From: Sporopachydermia quercuum
Taxonomy: Eukaryota
Direction of reading: 5' to 3'
Assembly: GCA_001599295.1 (NCBI GenBank)
Contig: BCGN01000009.1
Coordinates: 124,001-188,000 of the forward strand
DNA: 64,000 bases
Position numbers and translations under genes: made by a program. The notes beneath the pieces are model-generated. The model saw only the letters and a program-made list of their open reading frames with translations. It was not told the origin of the DNA and ran no database searches. The first letter of the stretch is position 1; each line of letters begins with the position of its first letter. This document shows positions 1-15,000 of the stretch, in pieces.

Positions 1-1651
1 TGGTGGATAATGTATTGGTCGTTTGAAGTTATAGCTACATGGGGTTTATGACAGACAATTGTTCTTGTTTGGTGAAGAAAGATCAAAAGAAAGAAGAGAA
101 AGAAGAAAGGAAGAGGAGATTGACAATCAAGTAAAAAGAGGAATCGACTGTAGTAATAAACTATACAATATCGTAAAACCAAATTTTAAACCAGCGAAAT
201 AAATAAAACTTCAATAGTGCCAGCCTTTCCCAATATGTAGATAGAAATGCTTTAATCCATTTAAACTTTTTTTAGAGAGAAAGTTAAAGCCATTGAATTT
301 TGACAGGTGAAAGGGTATTAAACCTAAATGTCTGATGGTGTCCTTGAAGATAATTATTCTTGTTTAACTATTTGTTTTGAAATATGCCTCTTAATTACTA
401 TATAGAACAATCTTTTCAAAACCATTGTTCAAATATAACCTGAAATTCTCACCTCTTTGTAAGGATTCTCAATCAAATCCATCTAATTCTTATCCCTTTT
501 GATGGTGTAGCACCAGCCTCAGGAACCAGGAAAAGAAAGTTTGAGAAAAATGAGTTAATTAATACTTAAATCCAACCTACTTACTCTTTTCGTATTTGCG
601 CCAACCTTAGTTTACTATTTTGAAAACATACGAAAAGGAATAGCTCCTTTTTGGAAATACCTGGGGTAAAGTTGGCTGGATATAAGCTAATTTGGTAGTA
701 GTCATCGCAAATGAAAGCTTATAGAATCATTTGAATTTATAAGTCCGATGAGATTTGATATCAAGCTAATATTTTCAACTCATTTAGAGGATCTGAATAT
801 CTAACTTGAATACAAACTACTCATATTGATAGACTAATAAACAGCAGGAAGTTGTCGTATCTTTCCATTTCGTCCTCCCTAGGTCATCTTAGCGAGTACA
901 ACAGCGCTAAGAATAAAAATTGAAACCCTATATCTAAAAATAAAATAAGCTTTCTTATTTTCCATGCATGACCCCATCTATGCACAATGGTGCAGGAATA
1001 TGCATTATGTCTTTATTGATTTGAAATTGTACTATTACGAAGGATAATACAAAATGTGTAACTCAATTAATTAACTCAATATACTCATACAACGCTCACC
1101 ATATGGGTCTGTTTGTATTGAATCTGCTAAGCCCTTTTCTGAATGGTTTTGAGAGGTATATTGAACATGTCTATATTGTCTATATTTTTCAAATGGAACT
1201 CCAATCCAACTAAATACTCTGCTAATAATTTTATTATGTTGACTGGTCAGTCAGTTCTCACTGCTTTGAATTCATAAAAAGTGAGTCTCCCAACTACCCC
1301 CCAAATGATCCATTATGGGACACAGGTCACATCTCACTCCATTCTTCCAGAAGACAACATAGGGAAGGAAGGACCTTATTTCAAAATAATAATGTGACAA
1401 GATAGTTGTTTTGGAAAAGATATGCTATTTGTTGCTATATAATGGCATGTTTCTAAGTCAAGATCTAAAGAGACCAGTGAATTCATCTGCGCTGTTTTTT
1501 TCTTATGTTAATGTTTTGTTTGAGGTTCCAGTTGTTCGTTTGTTTAGTTAGTATCGTAGCAATAACAGGGGAAGTTCAATAACAAGGCGATCAATCGTGG
1601 ACAACGAAAGCTGTGACAAACATAGAACACTGCAAAAATAACGGCTTATAG

Positions 1652-3961
<2,310 letters not shown>

Positions 3962-4534
3962 ATGGGCTTTCGAATANAAAGTGTTAGCTTTCAAGGACCT
4001 ATTAGATATTCTGGCGAATATTGTTCAATATGTGGATTAGGAGCAAGATTCTCGAAGCTCTGAATTAAGTGGTAAAGAAAAGACCCCTTTATTCACACTT
4101 CATTTTTCATCCTGTACAGTTCATTACTAATAGATAATTACAGTAGTTGGAATTTTTTTCGTCTATCAAAATCTGTCGCATTTCGCAAACTATTAGTAAG
4201 ATAATGATGATGATATTCCATTGATACGCATGCAGCAGTTTTTCCCTTTGTAGGTCGGAATGGTATTTGCTAATGTAAAACCATGCCGCTGGCTTAACAG
4301 TAACAACAAATTGTCATACTGTTATGATAAAATCCAAAATTATACCACCTTGAATATCATACTAATAATTACGTTATGATGATCAATACCATTACTATTA
4401 CAGCGCACTATTAAACATTAATTTGTATAACACTTCCTATGAATAGGATAAAAAGACTCCACCGAAATCATAGTAAAAAAAGTAAAAAGTCCTCACCCAT
4501 AAAAAGAAGGAAATAACGAGTTTGTTGATTGTTC

Positions 4535-4972
4535 TCAATTATAAACAAGCTTTGATGTACCAACACTTGCAAATTTTTGTTCGATTGCAAACGGCGATAC
4601 AAATCTATTTGGTTGTGCGACAACGTTACTTATGTTAGACATAGACAAATAAACCGGTAACTCCAGACAAGTATCATCTTCATAACCAATAGCGAACAAT
4701 CGCAATTCGGGGGATTTCAGTACTTTCTGTCTTAAAACATCGTAATCGGCATTTGTTTCAACAAAATAATAAGATTTCTTGCCAGTATAGGCAAACAGTG
4801 CTAATCGAGTATTGATAGATAATTCCATGAGCTGCTTGATGAAGAATGTGAAGTTTTCTTTCTGTAGTAAATCCAGAGAGACATTTGCGATGCTCAGTTT
4901 CTTTTTTGATTCTTCGGCAGAATCGAAATATGACAACCGAATAGTAACAGAGCTAATCTCTTTGTTGTTCAT
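4535..4972 (-). CDS. Hypothetical 145-aa protein, possibly PB1/beta-grasp-like
   Basis: ATG-initiated ORF in good context (ACAATG) with globular-looking composition, convergent with RSP5. No family recognised with certainty. Confidence 0.55.
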   Translation of the reverse strand: MNNKEISSVTIRLSYFDSAEESKKKLSIANVSLDLLQKENFTFFIKQLMELSINTRLALFAYTGKKSYYFVETNADYDVLRQKVLKSPELRLFAIGYEDDTCLELPVYLSMSNISNVVAQPNRFVSPFAIEQKFASVGTSKLVYN

Positions 4973-5786
4973 TGTTGCCGATATGAATAATCACTATCTC
5001 TGTTATTGCTACTATCGTTTATATCGGTACTACGATACGGTATCCCAGGGGGTCAAAAAAGGTTAATGTAATATCTGGTTTGTTATGATCACAAACTGTC
5101 AGTGGACTCTTTAGACATTCAACCTATGTCAAAAAATAGGTTTTTCAATCTTCTAGAAATATTCGCAACAAAGTGTTAATGTTGTGTTAAAAGTATATTG
5201 GTATAATAGTTGTGCTATAGCATGTAAAACAAGAATTCATTACTGTTAAAAGGATTGATCTGATCAGTTTGATGGGGGAAAATGACTAATGTCTTGTGCG
5301 ATAAGGAAATTTTGAGTTTGCATTAGCAGCATGTGAAAACAGTTAGACTCTTGATATCGGAAAGAATATCAATATTACGGAAGACAAAGGTTTACATATT
5401 GCAATGGAACGACAGGAGCATTGGAATTTNAATCAACTGAGAAGATTAATTGAATGGTTTATTCATAAAGATCTATTTGTTAAGTTAGGTAGGTCACGCT
5501 TAATCTCAGAAGAACTCTTCTTGAGCTATTTTAGTTAAAAAGCATGAAGGTTATTGAGCGTCCATTGAAGAACACTTGTATAACGAAGATTGTTTCCACT
5601 TCACTTGTTTTGCTTATAAATCTCTCAAATGAACTCCGACCCGAATTTGGACATAAAGTACTTGAGACAAGTTAGGTCAAACTGATGATTATTTCATTTC
5701 ATAATGTGTGTCTGATGCTTAATGAGCAAAATTCAAATTACATGTTGTCATTAGTTAACAAAGAAACAAATGATAGTTAATAATTC

Positions 5787-5837
5787 AAGCCCAAAAATAA
5801 AGCCCAAAAGTAAAGCCCAAAAGTAAAGCCCAAAAGT
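5787..5837. repeat. Minisatellite, about 4 copies of 13-bp AAGCCCAAAA(G/A)TA
   Basis: Read directly from the sequence. Confidence 0.9.
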
Positions 5838-6593
5838 TTCACAGCTCTCCCTTAAATTAAAATGCTTCAAAGTCATTGTAGAGTTTGAAGTTTCAATTTT
5901 TATGGATTACACGATCAATAAAGATTGTCAGCTGACGTCAATTTGAGGGTTTCTTATGAGGGTTTCTCGGCTTCCCAACAAGGAAAGTATAAAATAGAAA
6001 CGTGCTATAGATGTACACGCGTAAGTTAAGGTTTAAATCGAGGCGAGACCAAAAAATAGGTTTCTGAATTATGGGGGAATGTTGGAAGCACGTCAGATAT
6101 ATGGNTTCGAACGTGCTTCTCATACAATGTAGTTGGAAGAAATTTTGACTTGTCTTCAAAGTCAATGAAGATGGGCTAAGCCTTATTTGTGGAGTCAAGT
6201 TGCAGATCTTGAAAAGATCTCACGAAATTAACAAAACTGTAAGTATCTATATAGTATTTTAAGTAACCCAACGGATAGTAGTTATTGCGTATTNTAACCA
6301 ACGCACAAGAAGGGTCAAAAATGAAAATATAACCCAAAATANTATACCAACAATGCCTACAACCAACTACAAGCTTTTATGCGTTCATAAACATGCTTTA
6401 TTACCCAGTAACTGCCCAGTAGTACTTCCTATATAATAATGTATATATTGTCATAATTTGATTTTTGTTTCCCTTAACTTGTCAAAAGCCGATAATTTAA
6501 TGAATGACTATCACTATTACCTTGAAACCATTAATTAATTCCCATTTTCGTAACTCATTTCAAATATTGTATGAATAAAGTATGAATAAATTA

Positions 6594-7145
6594 CTATAGC
6601 ACAATGTTCATCCATTTCTTGTAGTTGTAATTTGAATTTAGTAGGTCTGAAACGTTCGTAGTAGGAAGTCGACTTTTAAAGCTGATCTTAGGATTTATAC
6701 CATGTTCATTCACAAGGGCATCCAGCGTGATATCTGGAGATTGTATTGACATCGATCGAGGCACATGTCGGTACTGATTTGTGTGCACTGAACATTTGGC
6801 ATCGAGGTTTAACTCGCCAGTGGTAGTTGCGCAACAGCATTTGGATGCATTGTTTCCTGATACAGAATTTCTAGTTTCAAACATGTAATCATCATCATGG
6901 ACTACTGATGGTGATGGTTTATGATAAGGAGATGATGACGAAATGTAAGATACTGATGGGTTGCTTTCAGGTTCACTTGAGTTATTGAAATCCAAGCTCA
7001 AAACTGGAGAAGAGATATGCGACAGCACATCTGAATTGGCATCAATATATTCTTTTAGTCGGCATTCCTCACAGCAGTATACTGATCCCAACGGGCATTG
7101 TTTATCACAAACAGTGCAGAAATCTTGAAAAAATTCTTCGCTCAT
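6594..7145 (-). CDS. ECL1: Ecl1-family (extender of chronological lifespan) zinc-binding protein
   Basis: N-terminal F-x3-C-x2-CDKQ...YC-x3-CR motif typical of Ecl1/2/3, followed by a Ser-rich tail. Confidence 0.85.
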   Translation of the reverse strand: MSEEFFQDFCTVCDKQCPLGSVYCCEECRLKEYIDANSDVLSHISSPVLSLDFNNSSEPESNPSVSYISSSSPYHKPSPSVVHDDDYMFETRNSVSGNNASKCCCATTTGELNLDAKCSVHTNQYRHVPRSMSIQSPDITLDALVNEHGINPKISFKSRLPTTNVSDLLNSNYNYKKWMNIVL

Positions 7146-8060
7146 TGTTGTAATGATTTACTTAGTACTGAATCAATGGAGAAATTGTGTTGTATATCTA
7201 ATGCCGAGTATGTCGAGTGGCAGCTATTTAAATTGTTTAGTACCGATGGTTCGATGATGATTCCAAGTATTGATTCCAAGTATTGAGTCCGTTTTCCACG
7301 TTGTAATTCTTAGAATGCTCTTTGATTTGGTTGCTATTCTTGAAAAGAGATCTTTTTCAATTGTCAAAACACAGAAGTTGATGAGATTGAAAAAAAAAAC
7401 TTTGAGAAAACTTATTAATTATATATATAGGAATAGAAACAAACAAAAATATACTATGAGTAACCCCTAAACCACAAAAATAGGAATGAGTAATTTATGA
7501 AACTATATTGCCAACTCAAACTTTAAATATAACTGTTAATGTGCTAATTTATTCTTCTAAGTGCAAATTATTTTAAAATCAGCCACATTTGTTTATGAAT
7601 AACCTTTAAAGTTTTCTTTCTAGATGGGTAGAGAAAGTGATGGAGTAATTGTCTGAACAATGTGCCACATCGTGCACCCCATGAGTTGCGTAATTAAAAG
7701 TGAACTCAAAAATACTCATTGCTTGGACACCCAGCGCTATGGTGACAAGTAGAAGACGGGACATGTCATCGTGGATTAATATGACAAATTGATTCTTACG
7801 GACAATATTAATGATGTGATTAGAAAGCGGGGGCATCAAAATGCTGAGAGATATTGATGAATTATTTCTAATTAGCTGACCTACAGTTGCATGTATGAAT
7901 GAGTATTGAGTTGGTTCAATTCTCCGATGTTGATAGTATATCAATTGTTCTTGTTTGACTAAGACAATGGATTGATACACATCAGAGCAAATGTGAAGTT
8001 ATAGTTCAGGTGTATGATAGATAGGTTATTGCGGTTAAAATGCTGCAAATGAGGTTATCA

Positions 8061-8069
8061 ATGAGTCAT
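8061..8069. promoter_or_regulatory. Perfect Gcn4/AP-1 site ATGA(C/G)TCAT upstream of ECL1
   Basis: ATGAGTCAT about 0.9 kb upstream of the ECL1 ATG. A second TGACTCA lies at 10330-10336. Confidence 0.35.
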
Positions 8070-11000
8070 TAGTCATTAGCACAGTAACGAAGATCTGAAA
8101 GATAAGCGGACGAACAAATGGTTAATCGCTACAATGCAATACGCAACAAAATGCTCATCGCTATATTGTAAATGACTTATCTATCTATCTGATGAAAATT
8201 TTAATTCTTTGATAAGACCAATAATAACCAAACATTTCGAATTATAGATAAGAATCAGGCAATATCAACGGTTGTTAACTCATCCCTTTTCGTAAGTACG
8301 AAGTAACCGGTTACAACAAACTAATCAAAAATGGTGTAATGAAGATACCATGTTCGAAAATACTACCATTTGACTCCCAAGGCCTAATCTATCTATTGAT
8401 GGTTTCATAATTTACGATGCCTATTCAATAAATTAGTGAAATTATTTCAAATTTTTTCATCAATTGAAAACACTTCGTAAAAAGCAAACATTAACCTGAC
8501 ATATTACCAAATATCCCCAAATGTGCACAATGTGTTTCAAAATTGCTCTAATGTTATTTGAAACGTCATTGAGAGGCAGCGAAACAGAAGTATTCATCTT
8601 TTACACCGTGTCACAGGGTTTCCGTCATGAAATTTTACTACTATGGTGGCCATCTATTTCATTTTTAGATTCTCATTAGCAATACAATACGAAAAGTTTA
8701 TTTTGTTTAGCAACAAGTGATAAAATTTTGCGAGATACTTTTCTTGAATTAGAAAATCAAGTGAACTATGATGTTTTGTTAATAGTTTATAAAGATTATG
8801 AGTGTCAATGCTGAGGATTCCTGTCTGTACCTCCTCTCATCCCATCCCATCAATATGATGATCCATTTGGGTAAGATAACAGTTTGATTCCCAGCCATTA
8901 AACCATTTGACCAAACTGGGAAGCTCATCGTTTTGAATTACACTGGAAATCTCCAGAAATCAACAAATTTGGAAAGAATATTTCAGTTCATTCTCAAAAA
9001 ATGATCATAAACTGTCCTAATTGGGAAAGGCGGGAAATTTGTACACTTTCTCTTTTGGAAATTGCTTAAATGTTTGCTTCATTGATGCATCCTTGATGAA
9101 CATCAATCAAACCTTTAAACAATAACGAATATTATGTTCGATAATAATGGTCAATAATTCTTTTATTGAATCAATCTACAAGTAGAACTGTAAAAATAGA
9201 AAGTATTAAATTTGAACGTCCAACAAAAAAGGCTCATATGTAGAGTTCTACTCCTAAGTTTAATAATTGAACTACATCAAAATTTTCATTACAGAGTAGG
9301 TAATAACTCGTCATGTGCACACGGACGACTCAAATGGTTACTGTGGACAATATCTTGTCTTGAATTCTTGTCAACGCTCCTTAGGGGTTATAGAAAAACA
9401 GGGGCAAAGTCCATTTGGTGAGACGAAGTAAATAAAAGGGATGAGCTTGAGCTTGAGCTTATATCAAAGGCAAAAATAAATGAATGGACGCGTCAACAGA
9501 TCAATATTAAGTGAAATATCAGATTAGCAATGGAAATCTTCATCTTGATTGAAACTTGCTAAGTATCATTGTAAATATCATTCAGCTCCTGAATCTAAGA
9601 GATTGTTTGAGACGCGTGTCATCCATTGTATTTACTATTCAGTTACGATNCTGATTTGAAAGCCCACGTGCAGTATCAAAATTCTCAATGAACAGATATT
9701 TCATGTCAACAATTATTTTTCATTGTTCAGTGGTCTATATCTTTCGTTTCTAATTCCAACCAGGCAGTAGGTAATACTGTGTAATTTATTATAGAGAATG
9801 AAAAAATTTTATGGAACCATCTGGTAACCCCTCATACTATAATTAACTTTCAAGGTATAACCTTCTGGTTATTACCATAGTAATTGGTGTTGTTTAAGGG
9901 TTAAATATTCTTGGGGTTACTAAACTTGTTGGATGGGCTATGAATATGATGGAATGGTTAATTATTGTAAATACCCAAAATAATCTTACGAATGAACTTA
10001 GGATTCTCGTATGCAAGACCTGTTTGTTAGATCAGTATATATCTTGTTTATCTCTTATCTTCATCATAATTCCTTCGAGAATCTATGAAACAAATATTCA
10101 TGGTAGTACATTGGTTAATTGCACGTGCCAAATCAACATTGACTTTCTAAATTCTAAGATCAAGGAGGGGTTAGAACAAAAAAGTGTGACATTGCAAATT
10201 GTCCACTATGTAGGATTATGCACAATAAGCGGCAATATTTCAGAAGACGAACACTATTTTCTGTTGAGTAATCATAGTAACCAAATGTATTGCGATTACA
10301 TCATCTACAAAATTTATCCTAACAACCAGTGACTCATCTTTATCTTTTATTAAGATTGGCTCCCATTTCGAAAAGCTTCAACCAATTTGGTCTTGACTTC
10401 GAAAAGAATCAGTTCATAATAAGGAAAAATTTTCAGCTTAGTTGACAATATCAGGCTATGAGTCTTGTTTACGATGTACACTAATGTAGTTTTATTATAG
10501 TAAACACGAATTAGGTTAAGAAAAGCTGAGAAGAAAAGATCCATTGCACTGTGTATGTAGCCTTATGAACGTTCAATCTTTGACGTACGTCCTTTTGAAA
10601 ACATAAGTCAGGAACCGGGATCAAATAAAACTAATAGAAAAGAAGAACTAAGTTTCTGTTGATCTACTTGTTTGACAGGTGCGAACATCTCATCTTTTTT
10701 AACCTTCATACAAAGTTATTATACATAGATTTCAAGAGGAGCAAAATATGTCATGAGTAAAATAATCTCCTTTACTACTCAATGTTCAATGTATGACCTT
10801 TGATGAGTTTCAAGTCAACAATGAATTTGCGAAAGAAAAATAAAAGCTTTCAGTCTCTGTATTGCTCACCGAAAGTACCGGCCTTGATTCCCTAATGTTC
10901 TTGCAAAGAAAAATAACTCTATACCTTATCTGTCCTGTCGCTTTCTTTCTTAAGCCATAATCGATAGTTGTCTAGTATAGTTTTTCCCTCAAATTCTGCA

Positions 11001-12041
11001 CCAGACATTGATATTATCAGGTTGATATTGGCCTTCCTTTGGAAATTACTCAATTTTTATAATATTATTTATGGATTATCATTATTCATAAAAATGAGCT
11101 GTTGAAGATATTATGTAAAGTGTAGAGATTAGATGCTTCAGCTATTTCTAAGGTAAAGGTATATCTGATCCTTGTTCCAATCAACCAAGAAATATTTTAT
11201 TCCTTTTAACTATTCTAGCTCAATGGATGCTTATCAATTAGTCTATCAGTACATTCATGCCTTCTCTACACGTCTATCAAAACCATAGTCCAATTTACTT
11301 GCTCATCATCATTCTAGTGTTTTTTTAACCACCTTCATTCTTCAACATAAACCTTAGTCTATTTAACTAAATAGGAGTATAGATGGTATCATGGTTTGAG
11401 TGGTATAGCTGCTTATCTCTTCTATCCCGCGATCGCTGTTCTTCACCATTAATACTATATTTCTCATTTTCTTCAATCCAACTGCTCTCTCTCTCTCTAT
11501 CCACCTCAGCTTCGTCCTATAATTCCTGCACGTTCATACTTCCTCCTTCCAGATTGAGTCCACCTCGACTAATACTCATCTCCATCCAACCTCATTTGAA
11601 TTTGAAACCCAGGCGAATTTCCTGTTGTTGTTACCCCAATAGGTAATGGCTTGATGAGTCTCCTCTCGACAAATATTAAGCATCAGATCTCATCTCAATC
11701 CGGACTCCTACGACATAACGAGATGTGAAGCGCTAATCATCATATTTGAAGGGCTTATCTGGCGAAGTTTTAACGCTAGTGACATCAGGAGCAAAAAGGA
11801 TGAAGAAGCTGTTTTTTGAATATTAACGAAGAACACTTTATTGATAACTACTATCAAACGCAAATTTACATATTTAAGCACTTTGTTTTACCCGGAATGA
11901 AAAGTTAATTCAGGATCTGAAAGCATTCTGTCCTGTTGTAGCTGGTACTATTCTATTTGAAACAATATCAGTCGATTTGCTATTGGGCTTGGAATAGAAT
12001 AGAACTTTTTTTCTGAGAAGGTTCTTTCACCTTTGGGAAGC

Positions 12042-15000
12042 ATGATAAGCAAATTATTTAGAAAAAAAGAGATACTAAATGAGAAAGCTGAAGCAGATTT
12101 ATCACCGGAGGAGAAGGAAGTTAATGAAGAAGATGTATCCAAAAGCTCAGGAACGAAAATAAGTGCGAGCCTGGAAAGTGCATCAGAATATCCAAGTATA
12201 CTAGAGGAGCAAATTCATCCTTATGAAGCAAAAATAAACTATTTTACTCTTTTCAGGTATATCAAAACTCATGAAATATTTATCTCGTTATCAGGATGTT
12301 TAGCATCAATTGTATGTGGTGCGTCATTACCATTGATGACTATTGTCTTTGGTTCAATTACTCAGTCGTTTATGAATTATGTTCAAGGGTTCACCTCAAA
12401 GGATGAGTTCCAGCATGAGATAAACAAGAATGGTTTATATTTTCTTTATCTTGGAATTGCACTTGGAGTATGCACGTTTTTGTCGACGTTCATTCATGTT
12501 CTTATAGGTGAGATCCTTACTTTAAGAGTCAGGCAGCACTATATGATGAGTATTCTGCATCAGAATGTTGCATTTTTCGATTATGTCGGTTCAGGAGAAG
12601 TAACCGAAAGAATAACCAATACTGCGTCACTATTGCAAGATAGCATTTCTGAAAAACTGGGCACTGTAATTGAGGCAATCGCTCAATTTGTAGCGGCTTT
12701 TATAGTATGTTTTATCAAATCATGGCGATTAACATTGATTCTATGTTCATCAGTAGTAGTACTTGTCATTCTTATGGGTTATTCGTCCGCTAGAATTGTC
12801 AAATTTGCCAGATTGGCTTTGGGTACTTATTCAACAGCTAGCAATGTAGCTGATGAATCCTTCACAGCCGTTAGATCTACAATTGCATTTGGCGCTCAAG
12901 ATAAAGTAGCTGAAATGTATGACAAACAGATATTAGTCTCTAGATTTTGGGCTATCAAAAGAGGAAGAGCTGTAGCTGAGATGGTTGGTCTTATTTGGGG
13001 TATTGTTTATCTTTCTTATGCGTTAGCCTTCTGGCAAGGCTCTCGCTATTTGGTTGATAATACGATTACTGTTGCCGCTGTTATAACTACCATCATGAGT
13101 GTAATTCTTGGGCTATTTGCTCTGGGTGTGGCTGCTCCACATGTTCAATCAATTGCAACTGGTGTAGCTGCTGCAAGCAAACTGTTCAATACCATCGATC
13201 GTGTTCCTTCTATACAGTCTGGTGAAGAACTCTGCAAAGATGAATTGAAAGGACATATAGACTTTAAGCACGTCAAGTTCATATATCCTTCTAGACCTGA
13301 TAGAGTTATATTGAAAGATTTCTCTCTTGCTATACAGAAGGGATCAACGGTGGCTATTGTAGGACCGTCAGGTTGCGGGAAGAGTACGTTGATTGCAATC
13401 TTAGAAAGATTCTATGAGTTCGTTGATGGTTCAGTAGAAATCGATGGGAAAGACATTCGTACATTCGATGTTCAATCAGTTAGACGCCAGTTGGCTCTGG
13501 TGTCTCAAGATCCTACTCTATTTTCATGTTCTATCCGTGAAAATATAGAATTTGGCCTTATCGGATCACCATATGAATTTTGCGATGCTGAAGAGAAAGA
13601 AAAGCTAATCAACCAAGCACTCAGAGACTCATATGCCTACCAGTTTGTTCATAAATTATCTGATGGATTAGATACATATGTTGGAGAAAGAGGATTACAG
13701 TTATCGGGTGGGCAAAAACAGAGAATTGCAATTGCTAGAGCTATTGTTGCTAAACCGCGTATCCTATTGTTAGATGAAGCGACATCTGCTCTTGATACTA
13801 AATCGGAGGGCATCGTTCAAAAGGCCTTAGATAGAATATCAGAAGATAAATCGATAACCAAATTGATAGTTGCACATAGGCTATCAACTATTAGAAATGC
13901 AGATAGAATTGTTGTTATGGATCAAGGAGATATCATAGAATCAGGTACTCATGATGAGCTGTATTCTTTACGGGGACTATATTTCAAGCTTGTTGAATCA
14001 CAGAATTTAGGCTCTCGACAGCGGCAAGTGATCTCAAGGATTGGCGCTGATGTTGCTGAAGAAGAAATTGTCGATGAACTGGATGATGATAATAAGCTTG
14101 TTGCTGCTGATGTCAATTCAATTGAATATATCGCACCACCTGAGCAAGCTATTCGCAAAGCAGGTGTGATTGAATCAATAAAGTTCTTATACAATTTCAA
14201 CAAATCAGAGAAGTTCGCTATCATTTTAGGATTTATTATAGCTGTGGTAGTCGGTGGTTCTTATCCTGGATTGTCGATTCTTTTTGCTAAAACTGTTAAT
14301 GCTTTTAGATACTCATTTGAAGATCCGCATGAAATGAGAAAGAATGTCAATATGTATACAGGTTTTCTATTTATGCTAGGTATAATCACATTGTTTTTAT
14401 ACTGGGCTATGATATGTGCGATGAATTTTGCTAGTTCTCATCTTGTGCGACAGATTCGGTTGAATACTTTCAAGCATTTGCTACGACAGGATGTTGAATT
14501 CTTTGATAGGAAGGAAAATTCAGTTGGCGCTTTGACAGCAATGTTGGCTCGTGATGCTCAGGATGTTGAAGGTCTGAGTGGCGCAACTCTTGCCCAAATA
14601 TGTACTTCTCTTTGTACTATAGTTGCTGGTATAATTCTTTCATTGGCTGTCAACTGGCGGATGGCTTTAGTATGTACTGCTTGTGTGCCATTGCTAGTGA
14701 TATGTGGATTTTTAAGAGTTTTTATACTGAAGGTATTGGCTGATAAGAACAAGAGCCTCACAGCGTCAACAGCAGGAATGGCAAGTGAGATTATTTCGTC
14801 ATTAAGGGTGGTTGTGTCACTGACAAGAGAAAAAGGTGTTTATGACGAATATTGTCAATTGCTAGCACAGCAGTTTTCTAGTTCGATACCATCCATTCTG
14901 AAGAGTGCAGGTATATACGGGTTATCGCAAGCCTTTGTTCCCTGGGTTATGGGACTTGGATTTTGGTATGGTGGCACATTAATTAAGAATTTGGATATTT

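Noticed and set aside
7258..7286. 13-bp direct duplication TGATTCCAAGTAT upstream of ECL1
   Set aside because: Two adjacent copies only; ordinary replication slippage.
7606..11646. Short ORFs of 64-130 aa in the ECL1-ABC intergenic region
   Set aside because: No recognisable motifs, often non-ATG starts, composition typical of random AT-rich DNA.
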